Shown here in pieces: positions 27,069 to 36,445 of a DNA stretch of 64,000 bases. Position numbers and translations under genes: made by a program. This stretch comes from Ktedonobacterales bacterium (GTDB lineage: Bacteria; Chloroflexota; Ktedonobacteria; Ktedonobacterales; JADMIN01): positions 9,805 to 73,804 of the forward strand of contig DASVZC010000114.1 in NCBI GenBank assembly GCA_036391835.1. Reading direction: 5' to 3'. Within the stretch, counting starts at the first letter, position 1; the number at the start of each line of letters is the position of its first letter. The notes below the pieces were generated by a model. It was given only the letters and a program-made list of their open reading frames with translations, had not been told where the DNA came from and ran no database searches.

Positions 27069-28121
27069 ATGCGCCAAGTTCCAAATTCACCGCAGCAATA
27101 CGGATCACAGGTTCCGGCTGCGCTGAGCGGGTCGATGACAGACGACGTGGAGGAGACGAGGCCCAATATTTGGCTCCGTCTCACAAGTTGGGGCTGGAAC
27201 CATCGTCTAGTCACCGTTGAGGAACGTGAGCAGGCTCGCCGAAGCCGACTAGCCTCTTGGCTGATTCTCGGATTACTGGTGTTCGAGATTCTGCTGCTAC
27301 CGGCAGGTAAAGAAATCACGACGACATTCATCGCCGTAGTCGTGGCGATCATTGGCACACTTTTTGTCGCCTTCTTCGTCAACCGCGCTGGCTATGTCAA
27401 CGCTGCTGGCATCATCCTGGCGGTTCTCTTCTCGGGCGCGCTGATGGGCGCCGTGGTCGGCTCGCCGGGCGGCTACCTCGATACCGTGTATCTCCCCGCC
27501 TATGACCTGTTCGTGATTCCAGTCGGGCTAGTGGCTGCGATTGTGCGCCCGCGCTATGCGATCTTCCTGACGACACTCGGCTGTATCATGCTGATCGTCG
27601 GCGACTTCTACGCGCAACCCATCCGTGGCGATCTGGCGCACTGGATGATCATCGAAGGCGCGGTGCCATTGCTGGCTCGGCCTATCGCGCTGCTGACGTT
27701 TATGGGTATCCTCTCGTACCTGGTGGCTCGCAGTACTGACGACGCGATTCGCCGCGCTGACCGTGCGGAAGAAATCGCCCGCCTGGAAAGCGTCGTGGTC
27801 GAGCAGAAACGCGCGCTCGATCAAGGCGTGTACGAACTGACGCAGGCGTTCGTCCGCGCGGCCAACGGCGACTATAGCTCGCGGGTGAATATTCCCCGGC
27901 AGAACCCGTTGTGGAGTCTGGGCGCACAGATGAATACATTCGTCCAGCGGTTGCAGCAGGCGGGACAGTCGACATTTGAACTAGAGCGCACACGCCAGGA
28001 GGCGTTCCGGTTGGTGTCCGCGCTGGACGACTGGCGCGCCGGGCGCATGCCACTGTGGCCCGCGCCTTCTGGCACGATGCTCGACCCGATCATTCAGCGG
28101 TTGAGCGGCGGCAGGCAGTAG
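27069..28121 (+). CDS. Multi-TM membrane protein with cytoplasmic HAMP-like coiled segment (no output domain)
   Basis: GGAGAG Shine-Dalgarno sequence. Five to six hydrophobic helices, then ...IRRADRAEEIARLESVVVEQKRALDQGVYELTQAFVRAANGDYSSRVNIP...LGAQMNTFVQRLQQ, which is HAMP-like. Confidence 0.7.
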   Translation: MRQVPNSPQQYGSQVPAALSGSMTDDVEETRPNIWLRLTSWGWNHRLVTVEEREQARRSRLASWLILGLLVFEILLLPAGKEITTTFIAVVVAIIGTLFVAFFVNRAGYVNAAGIILAVLFSGALMGAVVGSPGGYLDTVYLPAYDLFVIPVGLVAAIVRPRYAIFLTTLGCIMLIVGDFYAQPIRGDLAHWMIIEGAVPLLARPIALLTFMGILSYLVARSTDDAIRRADRAEEIARLESVVVEQKRALDQGVYELTQAFVRAANGDYSSRVNIPRQNPLWSLGAQMNTFVQRLQQAGQSTFELERTRQEAFRLVSALDDWRAGRMPLWPAPSGTMLDPIIQRLSGGRQ

Positions 28122-28155
28122 CGGCAGGCAGTAGTAGCGGCAGGCGATAGACGCG

Positions 28156-28196
28156 ACGAGCGGGCTGGCGAGAGAGTGAGACGCCAGCCCGCTCGT
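28156..28196 (+). terminator. Rho-independent terminator (15-bp stem, T-rich tail)
   Basis: acgagcgggctggcg / 11-nt loop / cgccagcccgctcgt followed by TTTGTT. Lies 35 nt after the stop at 28121. Confidence 0.7.
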
Positions 28197-28206
28197 TTTG
28201 TTCGTC

Positions 28207-28971
28207 CTATTCTTCCTCGATGCCGGCTACTCCATCCTCTAGCGCTTCGGTGGGCAGTGGCGCAGTGGGCGCGCCAGCCGTCGCGCCATAGCCAGCGTCG
28301 AGCGACACCCACGCGAGTCGGCTGCCAGCGCCGATGTCGCGGACGTGCAGGTTGTCGTTGTAACGGCTCAGCCGCCAGGTCTCGTACCCGCCGATGCGCT
28401 CGCGTTCCCAATGGGTGATGGAGGTGTTGCGGGTGTGAAACTGACCCGGCGCGGGAGCCGTCGCCCCCACACCCAGTCCGATCAGCAACGATGCGTCGAT
28501 CACGCCGCCGTGGCAGACAACGGCGATGGTCTTCCCCGCATGCTGGCGCACCACGCGATACATAAAATCCCCGACGCGTGCAACGAAACCACCCCAACTC
28601 TCACCCCCAGGCGCAAAGGGATGATATGGATCTTCGCGGAAGTCGCTAAAGGCCCCGTAACGCTCGAGAAACTCGCGAACGCTCATGCCATCAGCCTCAC
28701 CTGGGCGCAACTCATGCGCATCATCATCGGGAATGATATCCAACCCCAGCGCAGGCGCGATGATCTCGGCAGTCTGGCGGGCGCGGGGTAGTGTACTAGC
28801 GATGAGGACATCAGCGGGAATTTCCCGCGTAGTGGCGAGTCGGTCACGCAGGCGCTCCGCCTGGAGAACTCCAAGGTCAGTCAAGCCAAGGTCAGTCTTC
28901 ATGCCCGCAAGTGTACCTTCGACATTGCAGACAGCTTCGCCATGCCGTATCAGATAGAGATGAGTAGCCAT
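28207..28971 (-). CDS. Histidine phosphatase (phosphoglycerate mutase-like) family protein
   Basis: LYLIRHGEAVCN (RHG motif) and VVCHGGVIDA. Confidence 0.85.
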   Translation of the reverse strand: MATHLYLIRHGEAVCNVEGTLAGMKTDLGLTDLGVLQAERLRDRLATTREIPADVLIASTLPRARQTAEIIAPALGLDIIPDDDAHELRPGEADGMSVREFLERYGAFSDFREDPYHPFAPGGESWGGFVARVGDFMYRVVRQHAGKTIAVVCHGGVIDASLLIGLGVGATAPAPGQFHTRNTSITHWERERIGGYETWRLSRYNDNLHVRDIGAGSRLAWVSLDAGYGATAGAPTAPLPTEALEDGVAGIEEE

Positions 28972-29051
28972 CCTGAGAATTATCCTTCAAATCCTTCGCA
29001 TCCACTCAGTCAGTCCGATGCAGCGCAACGGACCCTAATGCTGTTCGATCT

Positions 29052-29933
29052 CTACGCAGGGAACGCCTCTTCGATCGCCGCGATGAAGTCGCCGGGCTGT
29101 GTGAGTGCGCTCAGATGTCCCATTGTAGTCAGCAATCGCGTGTACGCAAGTGGATAGGCCGCGCGCAGAGCGGCGCGCTCCACCGCTTCGATGACATGAT
29201 CGTAGGCTGCATCGAGAATGAGCACGCGCCCAGGCTCGCCAGCCAATTTGGCGGGAGGAGCCGCGCGCCCGGCGAGAAATTGCTCGATGATGCGGCCGTG
29301 TCCGAGCATGGCGCGCTTGCTAATGCGCGCCGCCATCTCGATGAAGTAGCCGCGCCAGAAGAGGTAGTCTGCTGCAGAGAGACCAGGAGACTCGCGCCAG
29401 AGCGGCAATCCGGCGCCTGCGCGTAAGGCGCCACGCAGCAGTGAATCGGGAGTCGCGGCAAGCAATGAGTATTGCACACGCACCATGCGGAGGGCCGCCG
29501 GAGCAGGGCCGCCCGTGTTGCAGAGCACGAGGCGATCAACCAGATCGGGTCGACGCTCGGCCAACGCCTGCGCCAGATAGCCGCCCATCGAGTAGCCGAC
29601 GACGAGCGCGGGCGCGCCTACATGCTCCAGCAGGGTGGCCAGGCCAGCGCATACGTCATCTAGCGAGTTCAATTCGTCGGGGTAGGTGGGCGCGATGACG
29701 GTGTAGTGGCGTTCGAGCAGAGACATCGCGCCAAAGAGTGACTCGGCGTCGCTCTCACTACCATGCAGCAAAAGCGCCACGCGCTCGCCGCTGCCGCCAA
29801 TGAGGTACGTCCACGTATGCCAGCGCACATCGAGTGATGTTGGCGGGTGGCTGGCGCGAAACAGGCGAAGATGATCATGCCAGGAGGATGGCATGGAGAT
29901 AGGGTGAGCAGGAATCACGAAATCATTCACCAC
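29052..29933 (-). CDS. Alpha/beta hydrolase
   Basis: LLLHGSESD and nucleophile elbow VGYSMGGYLA. Start is GTG 29933 or ATG 29894. Confidence 0.8.
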   Translation of the reverse strand: MVNDFVIPAHPISMPSSWHDHLRLFRASHPPTSLDVRWHTWTYLIGGSGERVALLLHGSESDAESLFGAMSLLERHYTVIAPTYPDELNSLDDVCAGLATLLEHVGAPALVVGYSMGGYLAQALAERRPDLVDRLVLCNTGGPAPAALRMVRVQYSLLAATPDSLLRGALRAGAGLPLWRESPGLSAADYLFWRGYFIEMAARISKRAMLGHGRIIEQFLAGRAAPPAKLAGEPGRVLILDAAYDHVIEAVERAALRAAYPLAYTRLLTTMGHLSALTQPGDFIAAIEEAFPA

Positions 29934-30142
29934 CGCACCTCCCGAGGTCCCGCTTTACCCTTCGCCTGACGCCTGTTTCAGCCACACATCCAGCGTCTAT
30001 CATTAGCATATTACGTCAGGATAAGCAGATGCTGAGGAACTCGTCAACCCTTGCTTGTATCAACGCAGGAACCAGATGAGGCGTTTCCGCGTCATGGAGA
30101 TATGCGGCGCGAGATGCGCGCCACGAATTCAGGGGGAATGGC

Positions 30143-30676
30143 ATGATCCGACTTGGTAGACACGGCGCCCATCAAACATCGCGAATGTGGAACACGCTGG
30201 CGCTGGCAGGCGCGCTCACAGTGATGCTCGCGCTCGTCGCCTGTGGCTCATCTGGGGCCACTGCGGGAAAGTCATCCGCGGCTACAGCGACAACCCAGGC
30301 AGGTGGCTCTATTCCTGGCGGCGGAATGGCGATCAGGCCGTGCCCAGGGGCGCCCGGCGACGCTACCCAGGTTGGCGCGCTCGCGCTGGTGCTGACATCG
30401 GGCGTCGCATCGGGGACACTGCATGTGGGTGAGATGGCACAGGTACGTCTGCCCGCCTCGTTGCATTGGACCCTCGAAGGCCAGACAAATCACCTGAAAG
30501 GTGTCGGCAGCGCAGGAGCGCAAGATAGCGCACTCAATGTCTGCTACTGGACATTTCAGGCAGATTCTGCCGGAAGCGTGACCCTCCACTTCTCGGGTGT
30601 CCAGCCGTGCGAAGGGCCAACAGGTGGCTGCTCCAGCGCCGTCACCGAGCAAGACTTCACCATCACCGTGGCGTAG
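30143..30676 (+). CDS. Putative secreted lipoprotein
   Basis: Signal peptide with lipobox LALVAC-G. Beta-rich mature region with no recognised family. Confidence 0.6.
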   Translation: MIRLGRHGAHQTSRMWNTLALAGALTVMLALVACGSSGATAGKSSAATATTQAGGSIPGGGMAIRPCPGAPGDATQVGALALVLTSGVASGTLHVGEMAQVRLPASLHWTLEGQTNHLKGVGSAGAQDSALNVCYWTFQADSAGSVTLHFSGVQPCEGPTGGCSSAVTEQDFTITVA

Positions 30677-30705
30677 GCGAGGCGGGCGTCGCGGCCAGCA
30701 AGGAT

Positions 30706-30732
30706 GCTGGCATCGCTGGCATCGCTGGCATC
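30706..30732 (+). repeat. Perfect 9-bp tandem repeat GCTGGCATC x3
   Basis: 30706-30714, 30715-30723 and 30724-30732. Lies about 20 nt upstream of a TAGAAT hexamer (30751-30756) and about 95 nt upstream of ATG 30826. Confidence 0.8.
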
Positions 30733-30825
30733 GCGGTTGTGCGGTTGGGGTAGAATGGTGGCTAGCGCTGGCGGAACACGGGACGCTTGGCGCCCGACGC
30801 GCTCAACCTGCGGCAGGAGACACCC

Positions 30826-33219
30826 ATGCTCGCGGACACGCCGGCCATCAACACCAATCTGCCCACCCCAATCTCCACTTTCATTGGACGAGAGCGCGCG
30901 CTCGGCGAGATAGCACGGCTACTCACACGAGAACGCCTTGTCACGCTCACTGGCCCCGGCGGAACAGGCAAGACGCGCCTCGCCTTGCGTGTTGCGGCAA
31001 GCGAATTGGCCGCATTTCCTGATGGCGTCTGGCTGGTCGAACTCGCGCCCATCGCCACGCCAGAACTGGTAGCAGAGACCATCGCCAAAGTGGCGCATGT
31101 AACCGGAGATGGCGCCGCTCCCCTGCTGGAGGCGCTAGCGCATGGCCTCGCGAAGATGCGCCTGCTGCTCGTGCTCGACAATTGCGAACACCTGCTCGGC
31201 GAATGCGCGCGCATCGTGGCGTATCTGCTGGCGCGCTGCCCAGCATTGGCGGTGATCGCGACGAGCCGTGAGCCGCTGGCGATTGGTGGCGAGCGCGTCG
31301 TGCGTGTGCCACCGCTGGAACTGCCCGCTAGCTCAGAGCCATTGGACGAGGAGCGTTTGCTCACGTTCGATAGCATTCGCCTGTTTCTCGAACGCGCACA
31401 GGCTGCCGAGCCTTCGTTTCGTTTCTCAAGCGTGACAGCGCCTGCGGTTGTGGAGATTTGCCGCCGATTGGATGGCATTCCGCTAGCGCTGGAGTTGGCG
31501 GCGATGCGCGTGCGCGGGATGGGCGTCGCCTATTTGGGCGCGCGGCTAGACGACCGCTTCCGATTGTTGACGGCAGGCGCGCATGCGACGGAGCCACGCC
31601 AGCAGACGCTCAATGCGGCGGTCGCCTGGAGCTATGATCTACTCTCCGAACGCGAGCGCGTGGTCATGCGGCGGCTTGGCGTATTTGCTGGCGATTTCTC
31701 GCCGGAGGCCGCCGAAGCCGTCTGCATCTCAGCAGGTGAGGATACATCGGATGCCACCGGCAGCGTGTTCGACATCCTGACACGGCTGGTCGATAAATCG
31801 CTCGTGCAATTCGATCAGTCGACGGGGCTCTACCGCCAACTCGAAACGATTCGCCTGTATTGCCAGCATCAACTCGACGCCGCTGGCGAACAGAATCATC
31901 TGCGCCGCCAACACTTCGCGTACTACCTGAACCTCGCCGAAGATGGCGCGGCGCTCCTCGGTGGACCCGGACAACTCGGGTGGTTCGCGCGGCTAGAGCA
32001 AGAGCACGACAACTACCGTGCGGCGCTGAGTTGGGCGATTGCGGAAGAACACGCGGAAGACGCGGCGCGGCTCGCGCTGAGCCTCTGGCAATTCTGGCAC
32101 GCACGCACCTACCAGCGCGAAGGCATGCGCTGGCTGGAGCAGGCGCTTGCGTTGGAGCCACGCCATCCGCTGCCGCCAGCGATGCGCGCAAGGCTATTGA
32201 ATGCGCTTGGCTCGCTGGCGAATGTCGCCAGGCGCCTTGACCGTTCGAAGGCCTACCACGAAGAAGCGCTGCGCCTGTGGACGGCTGCGGGCGATCAGGC
32301 GGGCATGGCGCAGGCATTGTGCGACCTCGGCTGGGTCTTCTTCGAGGAGGTCAACATTGAAGAGGCGATGCGTTATGCCGATGAGGGCTTGCCGCTGGCC
32401 GAGGTGAGTGGGGATAAGAGGCTGCTCGCCCATGCGTTGTTGCTCAAGGGTCTGCTCGAAACGCAACACGATTTCACTGGCTCCGCGGATCCAGCACAGA
32501 TGCGCCGGGCAGCGGCGACGCTCGAACGCAGTCTCGCGATCTGGCGCGAATTAGGTGATCAGAGCAGCGAGGCTGCGACACAGGCGACACTGGCCGCTAA
32601 CTATGCGGGACTTGGAGATGACGAGCGCGCGAAACCGCTGCTGCTCGCATCGGCACGGTGGTATGTGCAGTCGGGCGATTCCGGCAACATCAATGGCACG
32701 CTGGTCATTCTGATGAACCTTGCAGGCAAATGGGCTGCCGATCCGCAGATGGCCCGCGATTCGGCGCGTATTCATGGCGCAATGCTAAGCCTGTTGGGCG
32801 CCGTCACCGAAGAACCCTCACCGTGGGAGACGTCAGAACCTGCTCTGGCGATGGAACGCCGACTGACGAAGACGTTGGGGACGGAGGGCTATGCGCAGGC
32901 GCTCGCCGAGGGCAGGCATATGACCCGCAACGAGGTGTTTGCGGTTGCAGAGCGCATCACCCGGCCTGCCAACCAGACCATCGCTCCCGCGACGCGCCCA
33001 ACGCCAATGGTTCCACCGACGCCGCATGCCAGCCTTACACGTCGCGAGCTCGATGTGCTGCGGCTCGTATCGCAGGGCATGACCAACGCCCAGGTGGGAC
33101 GCGAACTTGTCATCACTCCGCGCACCGTCAACGCGCATCTGACGTCGATCTATGGCAAGTTGGGGGTCGTCTCACGCAGCGGAGCCATCCGCTATGCGGT
33201 GGATCACGCGCTCGGCTAA
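30826..33219 (+). CDS. LuxR-family regulator with N-terminal STAND/AAA ATPase and TPR region
   Basis: Walker A LTGPGGTGKTRLAL, Walker B LLLVLDNCEH, TPR-like middle region, C-terminal HTH LTRRELDVLRLVSQGMTNAQVGRELVITPRTVNAHLTSIYGKLGV. ATG 30826 lies 5 nt after AGGAGA. Confidence 0.85.
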   Translation: MLADTPAINTNLPTPISTFIGRERALGEIARLLTRERLVTLTGPGGTGKTRLALRVAASELAAFPDGVWLVELAPIATPELVAETIAKVAHVTGDGAAPLLEALAHGLAKMRLLLVLDNCEHLLGECARIVAYLLARCPALAVIATSREPLAIGGERVVRVPPLELPASSEPLDEERLLTFDSIRLFLERAQAAEPSFRFSSVTAPAVVEICRRLDGIPLALELAAMRVRGMGVAYLGARLDDRFRLLTAGAHATEPRQQTLNAAVAWSYDLLSERERVVMRRLGVFAGDFSPEAAEAVCISAGEDTSDATGSVFDILTRLVDKSLVQFDQSTGLYRQLETIRLYCQHQLDAAGEQNHLRRQHFAYYLNLAEDGAALLGGPGQLGWFARLEQEHDNYRAALSWAIAEEHAEDAARLALSLWQFWHARTYQREGMRWLEQALALEPRHPLPPAMRARLLNALGSLANVARRLDRSKAYHEEALRLWTAAGDQAGMAQALCDLGWVFFEEVNIEEAMRYADEGLPLAEVSGDKRLLAHALLLKGLLETQHDFTGSADPAQMRRAAATLERSLAIWRELGDQSSEAATQATLAANYAGLGDDERAKPLLLASARWYVQSGDSGNINGTLVILMNLAGKWAADPQMARDSARIHGAMLSLLGAVTEEPSPWETSEPALAMERRLTKTLGTEGYAQALAEGRHMTRNEVFAVAERITRPANQTIAPATRPTPMVPPTPHASLTRRELDVLRLVSQGMTNAQVGRELVITPRTVNAHLTSIYGKLGVVSRSGAIRYAVDHALG

Positions 33220-33400
33220 CGCCACGTGCGCCCCCACTCCGTTGAACCTAACACTCTGCTCCCCTACGCGACAGCCGCAGAAAGACTGTTAGACCTAACG
33301 ATGCGCCCGCCTCTCCCGCCAAGTAGAGTTTGAGCAATCCCTGGAGCGCTCGGGTCCAGGTGACATCGCCAGTATGAACAGTGGAAGGGTGGGAGTAGGC

Positions 33401-33850
33401 ATGGCGACAATATCAGTCAGCGCGGTGATCTTGCGTCCGGTTGAAGAAGTGTTCGCCTACATGTCGGATGCGCGCAACAATCCTCAATGGCAGTCCAGCG
33501 GCGGCCTGGTGAAAATCCAACAGACACCGGAGAGTCCGGTCGGCGTAGGAACACGCATCGCCGAGACGCGAAAATTCATGGGCATGACGATTGAGGACAC
33601 GAGCGAGATCAGCGAATTCGAGCCAAATCGAAAACTGACCCGTGTGCCAGTCAGTGGCAAGAGCGGCCCCATCAAACGCGGCGAACTGACGTTTGAGCCA
33701 GTGGCGGAGGGCTGTCGTGTGACCTTCAATGGCCTCGTTGAGGCGACCGGGCTACTCTCCATCGCGGAACCTGTGCTGCTAGCCAACATGAAGCGCTCGT
33801 TCGAAACGAGTTTGGGCGAGGCGAAAGCTCACCTCGAAAGCCAGCGATAG
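33401..33850 (+). CDS. SRPBCC (polyketide cyclase/dehydrase-like) family protein
   Basis: About 150 aa. N-terminal ISVSAVILRPVEEVFAYMSDARNNPQW pattern typical of the SRPBCC/START fold. Family-level call only. Confidence 0.7.
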   Translation: MATISVSAVILRPVEEVFAYMSDARNNPQWQSSGGLVKIQQTPESPVGVGTRIAETRKFMGMTIEDTSEISEFEPNRKLTRVPVSGKSGPIKRGELTFEPVAEGCRVTFNGLVEATGLLSIAEPVLLANMKRSFETSLGEAKAHLESQR

Positions 33851-34036
33851 ACACTCTCGCGCCGTGCGGAACCTCGATGTGCTGTCCCACTTCAGTTTGC
33901 TCGCCTCCAGGGCGGCATAGCGCCAAGACGCCGGGAGTGTCTCGCAGGTGGCAGAGACGCGGGGCGGAGGGCGGGCGCTCTCCGGTGTCATTTCCGCTCA
34001 CGGGCGCACATTTGCGCCGAGTAGGGAGAACATCAC

Positions 34037-34867
34037 ATGGCGACAACTCAGATGTCCCCCAATGCCGTGGGGACAAGCACAGCCAAGCGTCGCTCATCGC
34101 TCGATTACGTACTCTTCGCCGCGCTGATCGTGGGCGCAATCCTTAACATCTTGCCGTCGCTCCTCAACGGACGACTGATTCCGCCGCCGATGATCATGGC
34201 GGTCGCGGCGTTGATCGCCGCCGCAGTGCTGGCGACACCCTGGCGCTGGGGCGTGAGTATCGCATTCATCGTGTCATTGATCACGTCCGCTGTTGATCTG
34301 GCGCCTGGGCAATTTCCGCTCTATACACTGCTCCATCCAGGTGGAACGACCTTCACAGTGATCTTGCTGGAGACACTATGTGCGCTGCTGGGGCTCGTCG
34401 CCTCTGCCGTGAAGTTGACGCAGGTCGCGCGACGTGAGACGCCGCACTCGACAACACTCTCCACCGCGTCACTCACACTCGTGGCGGGAATCGCACTCGG
34501 CGCTTTCCTAATCGGAACCTTCGGCCAGTCCTCGGGCACGAGTGGAAACGCAGCAAGCGTCACCTCTGGCACAGAGGTCGTGCATCTTACTTCGGACAAA
34601 TTCGCGCCCAATATCATCGCGTTGCATACGGGCGAAACGCTCACCGTGATCGATGACGTTCCCGTGCCGCATATTCTGGTCAACGGCTCGTGGAGCGCAA
34701 GCAACCCCAATCAGGCGCAACCCGCGACTGAGGCAGGCGCGCCTGTCATCAACAACGTGGAACTCAACAACAATACGAAGGTGGTCGGGCCATTCGCTAC
34801 GGCAGGCACATACCACATCTATTGCTCGGTGCATCCTGGAATGAACTTGACGGTTATCGTGGCATAG
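34037..34867 (+). CDS. Membrane-anchored cupredoxin (blue copper) domain protein
   Basis: Four TM helices, then a cupredoxin domain with type-1 Cu ligand pattern PVPHILV ... YCSVHPGM. Confidence 0.75.
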   Translation: MATTQMSPNAVGTSTAKRRSSLDYVLFAALIVGAILNILPSLLNGRLIPPPMIMAVAALIAAAVLATPWRWGVSIAFIVSLITSAVDLAPGQFPLYTLLHPGGTTFTVILLETLCALLGLVASAVKLTQVARRETPHSTTLSTASLTLVAGIALGAFLIGTFGQSSGTSGNAASVTSGTEVVHLTSDKFAPNIIALHTGETLTVIDDVPVPHILVNGSWSASNPNQAQPATEAGAPVINNVELNNNTKVVGPFATAGTYHIYCSVHPGMNLTVIVA

Positions 34868-35145
34868 CGTACCACCACAGCAAGACACCGCCAGCGTCAC
34901 CTCGCGGCGCTGGCGGCGGGCGCTGTAGCACGCACTGGTCCAGACAGAACATCCACAGCGTCGCCAGCGCCAGCCCACCCCTTTGTGGTCGCGGAACACC
35001 GCCTCCTCCCAGGCGCCTCCGTGTGTCAACGAGCGCTATTCCTGTGAATAGATGGCGCGCGGTCTACAATGGCGCACATGCTTGTCGCGTGTGGCGTGGC
35101 GCGCTACACTGCACGCTGACAGGTCACACTGGAGAAGGATCGATC

Positions 35146-36414
35146 ATGGGCTTTCTGCGCGTGTTGCTCCAGCGGCATCTGGCGATTTTGTGGACGAGTC
35201 AGGTCCTCTCAGCGATGGGCGACTATTTCTATGCCATCGCCGTGCTGTGGATCGCGGTGCGTGTAGCGGGGAGCGCGGCTGGCTTCGTCGCAGCGGCGGA
35301 GACAGGCGCGTCGTTCGTCTTCGGGCTGCTCGGCGGCGTCTACGCAGACCGATGGAACCGACGCCACATGATGATCGTGGCGGACCTGCTGCGAGGGGCG
35401 GCCGTGCTGACACTCCCATTCCTGGCGAGAACTGGGACGCTTCCACTCTGGTATCTCGTAGGCGTGGCGATCGTCCTGGGTGGGCTAGGGTCATTCTTCG
35501 ATCCAGCGCTACAGGCAAGCCTGCCGGCGCTGGCGGGTGACGCGCGAACGCTGCAGGCGACCAACGGCTTGATGGACATGACCCGGCGGCTCGCACGCGC
35601 TATCGGGCCAAGCCTCGCGGGTTTGCTGGTGGCCTTCCTCCCACTCGAACAATTCTTCACGCTCGACGCGGTCAGCTTCGGTGTCTCCGCGCTGGCCATA
35701 TTCATCCTCGGCGCCCGCTACGCCTGGAAACCTGAGCGAGCAGCAACGCCAGCGCAAACAGGCGTTCGCGGCATCGTACGTGAAATAGGCAGCGCGCTGC
35801 GACTTGTCCGGAGCCGCGCGGAGTTGACCTGGGCGCTGATCGGCCAGTGTCTGATCAACTTGCTCTGGGCGCTGGCATTCACGCTGGGCGCGCCAATCCT
35901 TGCCGCGCACAACCTGGGTCACAGCGTCGGCGCCTATGGTTTGATCGTCGGCGCCTATGGCGTAGGCAACGTGGCAAGCAACGTGGTCGTCAGCAATCTG
36001 CGCGTCCGACGACCGCTCGTCTGGCTGTTCGGTGGCAAAGTCGTGCTGGGGATGGGGTTCCTTTTGCTTGCCGCCGCGCCGTCGCTGCCAGTGGCGCTGC
36101 TCGGATCGGCGCTCGCCGCGACTGGCGGCCCCATGGGCGACATTCCCTTGCTGACGATGATCCAGCTCGACCTGCCACCCACGCAACTCGGCAAGATCTT
36201 CAGCCTGCTCGAAACGCTGGTCCACGGTGGGATGCTGGTGGGAACGCTGCTAGCTGTACCGCTCTTCGCTCGCTTCGACGCGCGGCTCGTCATCGGCGGC
36301 TGTGCGCTGCTGATGACGGCGATGGGCGTGGCGGGGCTGGCGCGCTTTGGCGCGTCGAAGCCGCCAGGCACACTGGACGCGGAGGCGCCGACGAGCGTTG
36401 AGGCGCTGCACTGA
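35146..36414 (+). CDS. MFS transporter
   Basis: ATG 35146 lies after GGAGAAGGA. About 12 TM helices. GGVYADRWNRRHMM is MFS motif A-like. Confidence 0.85.
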   Translation: MGFLRVLLQRHLAILWTSQVLSAMGDYFYAIAVLWIAVRVAGSAAGFVAAAETGASFVFGLLGGVYADRWNRRHMMIVADLLRGAAVLTLPFLARTGTLPLWYLVGVAIVLGGLGSFFDPALQASLPALAGDARTLQATNGLMDMTRRLARAIGPSLAGLLVAFLPLEQFFTLDAVSFGVSALAIFILGARYAWKPERAATPAQTGVRGIVREIGSALRLVRSRAELTWALIGQCLINLLWALAFTLGAPILAAHNLGHSVGAYGLIVGAYGVGNVASNVVVSNLRVRRPLVWLFGGKVVLGMGFLLLAAAPSLPVALLGSALAATGGPMGDIPLLTMIQLDLPPTQLGKIFSLLETLVHGGMLVGTLLAVPLFARFDARLVIGGCALLMTAMGVAGLARFGASKPPGTLDAEAPTSVEALH

Positions 36415-36445
36415 ACGTCGCGTAGCGACACTCCGCCGACGCCGC

